NCBI GenBank assembly: GCA_017619335.1
Contig: JAFZSP010000078.1
Span: forward strand, 26 to 64,025
Reading direction: 5' to 3'
Length of the DNA stretch: 64,000 nt
DNA from: Bacteroidaceae bacterium
GTDB lineage: Bacteria; Bacteroidota; Bacteroidia; Bacteroidales; Bacteroidaceae
Part shown: piece by piece, positions 55,877-64,000 of the stretch
How positions within the stretch are numbered: the first letter of the stretch is position 1
Layout: every line of letters begins with the position of its first letter
Position numbers and translations under genes: made by a program
Notes under the pieces: generated by a model
Seen by the model: only the letters and a program-made list of their open reading frames with translations
Databases searched by the model: none
Told to the model about the DNA's origin: nothing

Positions 55877-57376
55877 ATGTTTTTAAGAAAAGAATATACT
55901 CAAGTTCTATCTTTCCTTATCCTTTTTACCTCCTGCACCCGTCCTTCTGCGGTGCCGCAGCAGTTCACGGAGGTGCAGGAAGAAGCGGTGATTTATCCTG
56001 ATTATCGTGACGTGACCATTCCTCCTAATATCGCTCCGCTGAACTTCATGGTCACGGATGCTGCGGCAGATGCCTTTGTGACGCAGGTGGGTGACCTCGT
56101 CTGTGGGGCAGGCAAGGACGGCAAGTTTGACTTGGACACACTCGCGTGGCGCCAGGTGCTCTCGGCTGCCAAGGGTGGAGACCTCGCTGTCAGCGTCTTT
56201 GCACATCGTGAAAGCGGCTGGGTCAAGCATCCCGACTTCACGCTGCATGTGGCAGAGGAGGAGATAGACCCCTATCTCACCTACCGCCTCATCGAACCCG
56301 GCTATGAGCTGTATTTCCAGTTGGGCATTTACCAGCGGAACTTGACCAACTTTGATGTCCAGACTATCTATGAAAACGACCGAAGCAATCATGGACGAAG
56401 CCATTGCATCAACTGCCATAACTTTCAGAATTACAGCACTGACCGGATGATTCTCCACGTGCGCGAGAATAATAAAGGTACTGTCGTCACCCACGGCACA
56501 GACGCCTTCAAGATGCTGATCAAGCATGACAGCATCATCGCTTCCGGTGCCTACGCCAGCTGGCACCCCACCCAGCCTCTCTTGGCATTCAGCAGTAACA
56601 AGACGGCCCAGGTCTTCCACTATCATTATCCCGAGAAGATTGAGGTGTATGATGCCGAGTCGGACATCATCCTCTATGATGCCGAGCGCAATGAGGTGCG
56701 GAACATCATCCGTTCGCCAGACTATTTCGAGACCTTCCCCGGCTGGTCTGCAGACGGCACGCGCCTGTACTACTGCTCGGCACGCCTGCCCGAGTTCAAG
56801 TATGTCAACTTCGAAGCCAGTCTGGTCACACGGTATGACAGCCTCCTGTATGACATCTATTCCATGCCCTTTGACACTGTCACCTATACATTCGGGGAAC
56901 CTCGACTTGAGGTGGATGCCAGCTCACAGAACCTCAGTTGCAGCGTGCCACGTGTCAGCCCCGATGGACGCTACCTCCTTTACACACTCGCCCAATACGG
57001 GCAGTTCCATCTCTATCACAAGAGTGCAGATCTTTGGGTGAAGAGACTGGACTCCGCAGATGAGTACCCCCTCACTGCCACTAACTCCCCAGATGTGGAG
57101 AGTTATCACGGCTGGTCCAGCAATGGGCGCTGGATGGTCTTCTCTTCCCGACGGGATGATGGCGACTACACCCGCACCTACATCGCCTATTTCGACCGTC
57201 AGGGACAGGGGCACCGTGCCTTCCTGCTTCCCCAGCGTGACCCCGAATATAACCTGCTGCTGCTGAAGAGCTACAACTGCGCCGAACTCACCCGTGATGC
57301 CGTGCGCCTCACCCAAGAGGACTTCAACCACGTAATCCGTCACACCGAGGCAGAATTAGCTACCTATAAAGAATAA
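55877..57376 (+). CDS. Lipoprotein with CXXCH motif and PD40/TolB-like beta-propeller, cassette copy 2
   Basis: Lipobox LFTSC. HCINCHN at 56402-56422. Residues 21-159 differ from copy 1 at 11 of 139 positions, and the rest is much more diverged. Confidence 0.65.
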   Translation: MFLRKEYTQVLSFLILFTSCTRPSAVPQQFTEVQEEAVIYPDYRDVTIPPNIAPLNFMVTDAAADAFVTQVGDLVCGAGKDGKFDLDTLAWRQVLSAAKGGDLAVSVFAHRESGWVKHPDFTLHVAEEEIDPYLTYRLIEPGYELYFQLGIYQRNLTNFDVQTIYENDRSNHGRSHCINCHNFQNYSTDRMILHVRENNKGTVVTHGTDAFKMLIKHDSIIASGAYASWHPTQPLLAFSSNKTAQVFHYHYPEKIEVYDAESDIILYDAERNEVRNIIRSPDYFETFPGWSADGTRLYYCSARLPEFKYVNFEASLVTRYDSLLYDIYSMPFDTVTYTFGEPRLEVDASSQNLSCSVPRVSPDGRYLLYTLAQYGQFHLYHKSADLWVKRLDSADEYPLTATNSPDVESYHGWSSNGRWMVFSSRRDDGDYTRTYIAYFDRQGQGHRAFLLPQRDPEYNLLLLKSYNCAELTRDAVRLTQEDFNHVIRHTEAELATYKE

Positions 57377-57421
57377 GCCACTAACCGCCATCAAGAGCAG
57401 CTTGGCCGTCGTTACAAAAAA

Positions 57422-57527
57422 GTCTCACCGATGAGACAGAATTATCTCACCGATGAGACAAATCAGTCTCAATAATGAGACAGAACAGTCTCACCATTGA
57501 GACAAACCTGTCTCACCATTGAGACAA
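57422..57527. repeat. Five 22-bp-spaced copies of the palindrome GTCTCA-N4-TGAGAC
   Basis: Units start at 57422, 57444 (degenerate, aTCTCA), 57466, 57488 and 57510. Confidence 0.9.
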
Positions 57528-57836
57528 ACGTTTTCAACCAAATGACAAGCTATTTTTCTGAGGCGAAATTTTGGTCGCTCCATACTTTGAGAACGCCGTC
57601 AATTTGATGTGGAAAAGGTGCCAAAAGAAATGCAGAGATGACATAAAGATTGAAAAATGGAATACTTAAGAGACCTTTAGACTTAATTATTTGCCAAATA
57701 TTTGGAAATGTCGGAAAAATGTAGTTCCTTTGCACCCCAAAAGTTAGAAAAGTACTGATTATCACTCCAACAATATACTTTTATATATCATCCAACGGCC
57801 ACATTTTCAAGTGGACTCATTAAGAAAATATACAAT

Positions 57837-60374
57837 ATGAAAATTTCAGGAGAACCAATTATAGATTTGGAGCATCTGGAGAATCTTTTAGAGCATAACG
57901 AGCGTCCCAGTTCTGGAATCAAGTTTGAAAAACTGATACCGATGATTGTACTCAACTGGCACTATTTTCTCTTCTCACTCATCATCTTCATGAGTGGGGC
58001 CATCCTTTATCTGCGATACGCTGAGCCTGCCTACAAACTGTCGTCCAGGCTGCTGATCAAAGATGAGCAGAAACAGAACAGCAGTGCCTCGCAGTTGCTC
58101 TCCAATATGGTGGACATGGGATTTGTGACCAACTCGTCTGGTATTGACAATGAGGTAGAGGTGATGCGGTCACGCATTCTGATGCGCGACGTGGTTCGGG
58201 ATCTGCATCTTAATGCCGAATATCGCCTTAAAGGGCGGCTCAAGAATATGCTTGTCTATGGCCGTCAGCCCTTCAGTGCCGAATTGGATCCCGTTGTGCT
58301 GGACAGCCTTGACAAGGACTATATAGAGTGGGGCGACATCTCCAGCGTCATGATACAGATGACCAGGAATAACAATGGGTATGATGTTACCGGCAGCGTC
58401 TATCAGTCGGGAAATGAGAAAGGCTGTCGGATCAAGCCTTTTCATGCGCACAGGGACTCACTGCCGGCCTATATCAATACGGCCCTTGGCACCCTGACGC
58501 TGACTCCTTCTGCCCGCTATCAGATGCAGGTGGGTGACAGTTACTTTGTCACCATCTTGCCACCGATGGCGGTGGCCACCAAATACCTGTCGGCGATGAC
58601 TGTTGAGTCCACCAGCAAGCGCACCGACATAGCCAGAGTAACTATTACCGACAAGAACCCGCAACGCGGCATGGATTTTCTGCGGCGACTGGCCGTTTGC
58701 TATAATCGACGTGCCAATGCGGACAAGAACGAGGTGGCACTGCGTACCGAGGAATTTATCAACGAACGAGTGAAGAAAATCAACGAGGAATTGGGACTTA
58801 CAGAAAGTGAACTCGCCGACTTCAAAAGCCGTCATGCTGTAACAAGCCTCCAAGTCGATGCCACACAGGCCGTGCAGATGAGCAACCAGTTCTCCACTCG
58901 CCTGTCGGAGGCCGATGCACAGATCCGCCTCATCGACTACCTTCGAGACTATGTCGTTGACCCACAAAACAAGTATCAGGTAATACCCTCTAATGTAGGA
59001 CTTACTGACGGCGCCACCACACAACTTATTGCTGAATACAACAGGACTATACTCAGTCGCAACCGTCTGCTGACAGCCGCTAACGAGGATGCGCCACAAG
59101 TGCAGACACTCACTGCGACCATCGATGATTTGGCTGCCAGTATTTCGACAGCGTTGCTGCAGGCTCGTCATTCAGCCGACATCACACGTCAAGGTATTAT
59201 GAACCAATATAGCAAGTATCAGAGCCAGATAGCAGGCGCTCCAGTTCAGGAACAGGTGCTCACACAAATTGGCCGTCAGCAGGAAGTGAAGTCGGGCATC
59301 TTGCTTCTGCTCTTGCAGAAACGTGAGGAGAACAGTATCTCGCTCGCAGCCACTGCCGACAAAGGCAGGCTTATTGACGAGCCACTCAACGAGGGAAAGG
59401 TGAAACCCAAAAAATCCATTGTATTCCTCGGTGCACTGCTGATGGCTCTTGTCCTACCTTTATTAATTATATGGCTCATCGGCCTGTTACGTTACCGTAT
59501 TGAAGGACATGATGATGTGCAGAGCCTCACCTTATTACCCATCATTGCTGACATACCCATGGCAAGCGACGATGTGAAGTCATCAGCTGGCATCGTGGTT
59601 CAAGAGAACAAGAACACGCAGATGGACGAAATTTTCCGCTCGCTGCGAACCAATATTAAGTTCTTACTGAAAGAAAACGAGAAGAAAATACTCTTCACAT
59701 CCAGCATCTCTGGTGAGGGCAAGACTTTCTGCGCCGCTAATCTGGCTATGAGCTTCGCGCTGCTGGGTCAGAAGGTTGTACTCTGCGGACTTGACATACG
59801 CAAGCCGGCACTGGGCCGCCTGTTCGGTATTGCCGACAGACGCCTCGGGATTTCCACGCTTCTCACCAAGGAAACGGTCACTCTCGATGACGTAAAGAGT
59901 CATATTGTCCCTTCCGGTGTCAACGACAACCTTCACCTGCTTCTGTCAGGCCCCATTCCGCCAAACCCCTCTGAGCTGTTGGCTCGCAAGACGTTCCAGC
60001 AGTTGGTAAGCCTTTTGGAACAGCAATATGACTATGTTATCTTCGACACCGCTCCCGTAGGACTTGTTACAGACACGCTGCAGATTGCGGAACTGGCTAA
60101 TTGCTGTGTGCTGGTTTGCCGTGCCGACTACACCCCCAAGTCCAGTTTCGGCTTGCTGAACCAGTTGGCTACCGAGGGCAAATTGCCCAACGCCAGCGTC
60201 GCCATCAACTCTATCGACATGTCACGTCGCAAGTACGGCTACTATTATGGCTATGGCGTTTACGGAAAGTATGGACGCTATGGCAATTATGGGAAATACG
60301 GAAATTATGGCCATTATGGTATGTATGCAGACAGCCACTATGGCCAGCACGACGACAATTCCATCAAGAAGTAA
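57837..60374 (+). CDS. Wzc/GumC-like polysaccharide co-polymerase fused to BY-kinase (tyrosine autokinase) with Tyr-rich tail
   Basis: N-terminal Wzz-like domain with two TMs. Walker A SGEGKTF, VIFDTAPV and VLVCRAD. The C-terminal tail is YGYYYGYGVYGKYGRYGNYGKYGNYGHYGMY (about 60219-60350). Confidence 0.85.
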   Translation: MKISGEPIIDLEHLENLLEHNERPSSGIKFEKLIPMIVLNWHYFLFSLIIFMSGAILYLRYAEPAYKLSSRLLIKDEQKQNSSASQLLSNMVDMGFVTNSSGIDNEVEVMRSRILMRDVVRDLHLNAEYRLKGRLKNMLVYGRQPFSAELDPVVLDSLDKDYIEWGDISSVMIQMTRNNNGYDVTGSVYQSGNEKGCRIKPFHAHRDSLPAYINTALGTLTLTPSARYQMQVGDSYFVTILPPMAVATKYLSAMTVESTSKRTDIARVTITDKNPQRGMDFLRRLAVCYNRRANADKNEVALRTEEFINERVKKINEELGLTESELADFKSRHAVTSLQVDATQAVQMSNQFSTRLSEADAQIRLIDYLRDYVVDPQNKYQVIPSNVGLTDGATTQLIAEYNRTILSRNRLLTAANEDAPQVQTLTATIDDLAASISTALLQARHSADITRQGIMNQYSKYQSQIAGAPVQEQVLTQIGRQQEVKSGILLLLLQKREENSISLAATADKGRLIDEPLNEGKVKPKKSIVFLGALLMALVLPLLIIWLIGLLRYRIEGHDDVQSLTLLPIIADIPMASDDVKSSAGIVVQENKNTQMDEIFRSLRTNIKFLLKENEKKILFTSSISGEGKTFCAANLAMSFALLGQKVVLCGLDIRKPALGRLFGIADRRLGISTLLTKETVTLDDVKSHIVPSGVNDNLHLLLSGPIPPNPSELLARKTFQQLVSLLEQQYDYVIFDTAPVGLVTDTLQIAELANCCVLVCRADYTPKSSFGLLNQLATEGKLPNASVAINSIDMSRRKYGYYYGYGVYGKYGRYGNYGKYGNYGHYGMYADSHYGQHDDNSIKK

Positions 60375-60393
60375 CGACCCCCAATATTAGACA

Positions 60394-61212
60394 ATGGAAT
60401 ACATGACAAAGAATGTAACAACCACAGTATTTGCAGCCCTTGTAACCCTGCTGTTCGCAGCCTGTTCATCGCCCAAGAATGTTGCTTATATCAAGAACAG
60501 CGACACATTTATCGCCGACAGTTCGGCATTTCTCTTCGAGGCACATATCATGCCAAAGGATGTACTCACCATCACGGTAAACACCGTTAATCCCGAAGCC
60601 TCGGCACCCTTTAACCTCGTGGTGTCACCCACACTGAACAATACGTCTTCAGGAGGTCAGTCACTTAGCAGCGTCCGCTCTTTGCAGACCTATCTTGTTG
60701 ATAATGACGGCACAATAGACTATCCCGTATTAGGTAAACTGCACATCGGCGGGCTGTCAAAAGCGGAGTGTGAGAAACTTATCCACGATCGTATTATGCA
60801 CTATCTGAAAGGCAGTGAAGACCCCGTGGTGACGGTGCGTATGGCCAATTACAAGATTTCTGTATTGGGTGAGGTGGCTCATCCGGGCATGTTCACGGTG
60901 AACAACGAAGAAATCAACATCTTCGAGGCCCTGGCTCTTGCAGGCGATCTCACTATCTATGGTGTACGTGACCATGTGAAGCTCATCAGAAAGGATGCCG
61001 ATGGCAAACGACAAGTTTATACGATGAACCTCAATGATGTGAACATCATCACTTCGCCCTGCTACTACCTTCAGCAGAATGATGTCGTGTATGTGGAACC
61101 CAACAAGGTGAAAGCCCGCAACTCCAGCGTAGGTCAGACCACATCGCTATGGCTCACTTCGACAAGCATACTGATATCTATAGCAGCATTATTGTATAAC
61201 ATCTTAAAATGA
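60394..61212 (+). CDS. Wza-like polysaccharide export lipoprotein (Poly_export + SLBB)
   Basis: Lipobox LFAAC. PKDVLTITV... and a GDLTIYG..VKLIR SLBB-like segment. 272 aa. Confidence 0.8.
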   Translation: MEYMTKNVTTTVFAALVTLLFAACSSPKNVAYIKNSDTFIADSSAFLFEAHIMPKDVLTITVNTVNPEASAPFNLVVSPTLNNTSSGGQSLSSVRSLQTYLVDNDGTIDYPVLGKLHIGGLSKAECEKLIHDRIMHYLKGSEDPVVTVRMANYKISVLGEVAHPGMFTVNNEEINIFEALALAGDLTIYGVRDHVKLIRKDADGKRQVYTMNLNDVNIITSPCYYLQQNDVVYVEPNKVKARNSSVGQTTSLWLTSTSILISIAALLYNILK

Positions 61213-61400
61213 CGAGCATGTCCGATCATCATTCACACCATCACAGTCATCAGCGCGAGGACTATGGCTCACGCTTCAAGCGCACCAGTCTGGCATCAAT
61301 AGCTTTCCGACGCAAGGCTGACAAATGGTTGAAGATTATACTCTTCTTCCTCTCTTTCATCATGATTACGCTTGTTGTTTTGGCATATCTCTATGGATAA
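61209..61400 (+). CDS. Small His-rich single-TM protein (63 aa), candidate
   Basis: Its ATG overlaps the wza-like stop (ATGA). The N-terminus is MTSMSDHHSHHHSHQ and there is a C-terminal TM (ILFFLSFIMITLVVLAYL). It ends 7 nt before the next ATG. Confidence 0.5.
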   Translation: MTSMSDHHSHHHSHQREDYGSRFKRTSLASIAFRRKADKWLKIILFFLSFIMITLVVLAYLYG

Positions 61401-61407
61401 TACCATC

Positions 61408-61857
61408 ATGGAGAAGAAAATTTTTGCTGCTGCCTCACTCGGCGGACACTGGAAACAGTTGTTGCGAATCACAAAACCTCTGGAAGAGCGTTTTGAGGTG
61501 GTATATGTATCTACCCATCCTCAATGTGCAACGATGATTGGTGAGAGTAGGTTCTATTTAACAAGTGATTTCAGCCGGAATGATGCATGGCGTATGTTCC
61601 CTGTATTTTTCCGACTTTTCCGCATTTTATGGCGTGAACGTCCGGATGCTGTGCTCACGACAGGTGCTGCCCCCGGATTAGTATGTCTGTTAGTCGGGTG
61701 GCTATTGCGCCGGAAGACCATTTGGGTTGACAGCATAGCCAATGCAGAGCATCTGTCGGTAAGCGGGCGCATTGCCCGACATTTCGCATCCCGCACTTAT
61801 ACTCAGTGGCCTGATTTGGTTCAGCCTGATGTCCTCTATGCCGGCTCCGTCTTTTAA
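61408..61857 (+). CDS. Alg14-like glycosyltransferase accessory subunit (PssD/Cps14F type)
   Basis: MEKKIFAAASLGGHWKQLL ... VLTTGAAPG ... WVDSIAN. The start is taken at the ATG at 61408 rather than the ORF-track 61372. Confidence 0.75.
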   Translation: MEKKIFAAASLGGHWKQLLRITKPLEERFEVVYVSTHPQCATMIGESRFYLTSDFSRNDAWRMFPVFFRLFRILWRERPDAVLTTGAAPGLVCLLVGWLLRRKTIWVDSIANAEHLSVSGRIARHFASRTYTQWPDLVQPDVLYAGSVF

Positions 61858-61884
61858 TCAAACATTGTCAATTGTCAAATCAAT

Positions 61885-62358
61885 ATGGTTTTTGCAACAA
61901 CAGGAACACAATTCCCTTTTGATCGCTTAATCAACATTCTTGATGAGTTGGCTCCGCAACTCAACGAGAAAGTCATAGCTCAGGTGCATCACACCACCTT
62001 ACGGCCTCGCCATATCAAAACGGTTGACTTCTTGGCACCAGATGAATTTGACAAGCTGTTCAATGAGGCTCGTTTAATTGTGGCTCATGCAGGAATGGGG
62101 ACTATACTCTCTGCCTTGCAACAGAACAAGCCAATCATCATTTTCCCCCGCATTGCAGCTCTGGGCGAGCACCGCAATGAGCATCAGTTGGCCACTGCCG
62201 CCAAGATGCGCGAACGTGGTTGGGTGTATGTCGCGAGCACCCCTGAAGAGCTCAAGTCATTGCTCCTCACTCCCGATTTGCATCCCCTTCATCGGATTGA
62301 AGGCACTGCATCCCAGCGTCTCATACAGTCCATCTCAGATTATATTGAAAAGGAATGA
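61885..62358 (+). CDS. Alg13-like glycosyltransferase catalytic subunit (PssE/Cps14G type, Glyco_tran_28_C)
   Basis: MVFATTGTQFPFDRL ... VAHAGMGTILSAL ... NEHQLATA. Confidence 0.8.
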   Translation: MVFATTGTQFPFDRLINILDELAPQLNEKVIAQVHHTTLRPRHIKTVDFLAPDEFDKLFNEARLIVAHAGMGTILSALQQNKPIIIFPRIAALGEHRNEHQLATAAKMRERGWVYVASTPEELKSLLLTPDLHPLHRIEGTASQRLIQSISDYIEKE

Positions 62359-63758
62359 AAAGACATCAAACCAGAATTAGAGACAACAACCACACCAACC
62401 GCCTCATCAAGTGGGTCGTCATCATGATTGATTTCGTGGTGTTATGGGTGTTACTCTACTTTGTCGTTGATTTCATTCCTCGTTCTAACTATTGGGATGA
62501 AGATAAACAGCGGATATTCTGGATGTTGTGTACTTTCGCCATGATTGTGGCAGAGTATTTTTTCCCGACAGTCATCCATCAGCGTATTATCGGTGCTAAC
62601 GATATCCTGAGACGCTCCACACTGCTTGTCCTGACGCAGACAGTGCTCTCATTCCTTCTTCTCCGCACCATACACTTCACAGCTCATCTCGGTTGGCAGC
62701 TGTTCTTCATGGGCATAGCTTTGCTGATGATTATCATATTCTTGCGCTTCATTGAACGATGGGTTGTCAAACACCTTAGACGTATGGGTTACAATACGCG
62801 TTCGGTCACACTTATCGGCTCAGATAAGGAGATACAGCGTCTTTACCATAAGCTCATCAGCAACCCCACCTTAGGGTACAAAGTTCTCAACTGCTATGGT
62901 GCCATCGGAGGCCTGTCCCCTCAGGGTACCGTCGGAGATTTCGTCATGCAGCTGTCAAAGCCCGGAGAAGTCCTCTTGGGCGACGAGGTCTATCTGTGCG
63001 TTTCCTTCAAGGAACGAGATTTGATTGCGCAGACCGCCAGTCTCTGTGACCAACACATGTCCAAGTTCTACTTCCTGCCCACGGCCGAAGAAAAGCTCAA
63101 CCTTCAGCCGTTACTGATAGACGATATCGTCGTTCATTCCACCTTCATGAGTCCATTGGAAGAGCCGTTGAACAAGGTACTCAAACGATTGTCCGACATA
63201 CTCCTCTCCATTCTGTTCTTGCTGCCTACGGCGCTGTTGCTGCCCTTCATTTTCATTGCCATCAAGCGGCAGAGCCCGGGCCCGATGCTCTTCCGTCAGC
63301 TGCGTACGGGTATCGACGGCAAACAGTTCTATTGCTATAAGTTCCGCTCCATGCACGTGAATGCCGATTCAGACCGCCGACAAGCCACCAAGGACGATCC
63401 GCGCAAGTTCCCCTTCGGCAAATTCATGCGTAAGACCAACATCGACGAGCTGCCGCAGTTCTGGAATGTGCTCCTCGGCAACATGAGCATCGTGGGACCG
63501 CGCCCTCACATGCTGGCTCATACCGATCAGTATGAAAAGCTGATAAAAAAATACTTAGTTCGCCATTTTGTGAAGCCCGGCATCACAGGCTGGGCACAGG
63601 TGACGGGCTTCCGTGGGGAGACACGTGAGTTGTGGCAGATGGAAGGACGCGTGGAGCGAGACATCTGGTACATCCAGCACTGGAGCTTTTGGCTCGACGT
63701 GCGTATTATTTGGATGACTGTAAAATCATTCTTTAAAAGAGACGATAAAGCATATTGA
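62355..63758 (+). CDS. Polyprenyl-phosphate hexose-1-phosphate transferase (WbaP/WcaJ-type initiating sugar transferase)
   Basis: Four or five N-terminal TM helices. Bacterial sugar transferase motifs DELPQFWNVLLGNMSIVGPRP and PGITGWAQV. An ATGA overlap links it to the upstream gene. Confidence 0.88.
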   Translation: MKRHQTRIRDNNHTNRLIKWVVIMIDFVVLWVLLYFVVDFIPRSNYWDEDKQRIFWMLCTFAMIVAEYFFPTVIHQRIIGANDILRRSTLLVLTQTVLSFLLLRTIHFTAHLGWQLFFMGIALLMIIIFLRFIERWVVKHLRRMGYNTRSVTLIGSDKEIQRLYHKLISNPTLGYKVLNCYGAIGGLSPQGTVGDFVMQLSKPGEVLLGDEVYLCVSFKERDLIAQTASLCDQHMSKFYFLPTAEEKLNLQPLLIDDIVVHSTFMSPLEEPLNKVLKRLSDILLSILFLLPTALLLPFIFIAIKRQSPGPMLFRQLRTGIDGKQFYCYKFRSMHVNADSDRRQATKDDPRKFPFGKFMRKTNIDELPQFWNVLLGNMSIVGPRPHMLAHTDQYEKLIKKYLVRHFVKPGITGWAQVTGFRGETRELWQMEGRVERDIWYIQHWSFWLDVRIIWMTVKSFFKRDDKAY

Positions 63759-63760
63759 CC

Positions 63761-64000
63761 ATGAACGAGCTTTTACAGAAAATGATGAGCCGCGAGAGCA
63801 TCAAAGTGACATCGCCCTTGATGCCTCGGTTAGAGGATTTCACCGAATTGCTGCGTGACATCTGGCAGCGGCGGTGGATAACCAATAATGGTGAGTACCA
63901 CAGGCTGCTTGAACAGGCATTGGCCGATTATCTGAAAGTTCCCTATGTGAGTCTCTTTACAAATGGCACGCTACCGCTCATCACTGCATTACAGGCACTG
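63761..64000 (+). CDS. DegT/DnrJ/EryC1/StrS-family aminotransferase (5' partial, runs off the window)
   Basis: My translation is MNELLQKMMSRESIKVTSPLMPRLEDFTELLRDIWQRRWITNNGEYHRLLEQALADYLKVPYVSLFTNGTLPL. This is the typical N-terminus of the family. Confidence 0.7.
   Translation, partial: MNELLQKMMSRESIKVTSPLMPRLEDFTELLRDIWQRRWITNNGEYHRLLEQALADYLKVPYVSLFTNGTLPLITALQAL

Noticed and set aside
57550-57765. 71-aa minus-strand ORF in the leader upstream of the Wzc-like gene
   Set aside because: It is AT-rich, has no homology-like motifs, no promoter box and no coupling to neighbours. It is most likely non-coding regulatory DNA.
1-64000. Search for tRNA, rRNA, riboswitch or tmRNA-like structures in the larger spacers (24996-25225, 31180-31377, 35921-36091, 43885-44140, 47738-48058, 57377-57836)
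   Set aside because: I could not recognise any cloverleaf-compatible acceptor/T-arm pairs or conserved riboswitch cores by eye. Covariance-model scans (tRNAscan-SE, Infernal/Rfam) would be needed to exclude them formally.

Overview
The window reads as a chromosomal segment of a Bacteroidota genome, probably Prevotella/Segatella-like. That assignment is an inference from TAnnTTTG -7 promoter boxes, absent Shine-Dalgarno sites, many lipoprotein signal peptides and three T9SS C-terminal sorting domains. It is densely coded, with no rRNA, tRNA, CRISPR array, integrase or prophage genes recognised.

Gene content, left to right:
- 85-633: an AraC-type HTH gene behind a heptamer array.
- 972-3904: two tandem mosaic surface lipoproteins.
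- 3922-4560: a cytidylate-kinase-like gene.
- 4711-12966: an eight-gene minus-strand operon. In transcription order it encodes a substrate-binding protein, a Cache/HAMP/PP2C phosphatase fused to an RsbW-like kinase, a STAS protein, a RelA/SpoT small alarmone synthetase, an APH-like kinase, a CX5R tyrosine phosphatase, an HD small alarmone hydrolase and a metallophosphoesterase. A 133-bp perfect direct repeat brackets the block.
- 13283-14550: a frameshifted HUH/Y1 (IS200/RAYT-like) transposase gene with an internal 30-bp repeat, followed by a repeat-rich spacer (inverted-repeat element plus 22-bp-period arrays).
- 15.3-25 kb: a housekeeping block (deoC, dtd, uvrC, apt, mnmG, upp, argH, pyrE).
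- 25-40 kb: M16 peptidase, TrmH-like methyltransferase, nadA, queH, a NodB deacetylase, a 1104-aa DUF2723-like membrane protein, a membrane-anchored winged-helix regulator and a DUF4954-like protein.
- 40.3-57.4 kb: two roughly 1200-aa discoidin-domain T9SS proteins and an M60-like T9SS metalloprotease. The protease is translationally coupled to a tandemly duplicated two-gene cassette (W-rich polytopic membrane protein plus CXXCH-bearing PD40 beta-propeller lipoprotein).
- 57.8-64 kb: the start of an exopolysaccharide locus (Wzc-like BY-kinase, Wza-like exporter, His-rich micro-protein, Alg14/Alg13-like split glycosyltransferase, WbaP-like initiating transferase, partial DegT aminotransferase).

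The two best candidates for an undescribed system are:
1. The sigma-less partner-switch / alarmone operon at 4.7-13 kb.
2. The duplicated membrane-protein / heme-motif propeller cassette attached to the T9SS cargo cluster at 51-57 kb.

All family assignments come from reading motifs by eye. No database search was run.
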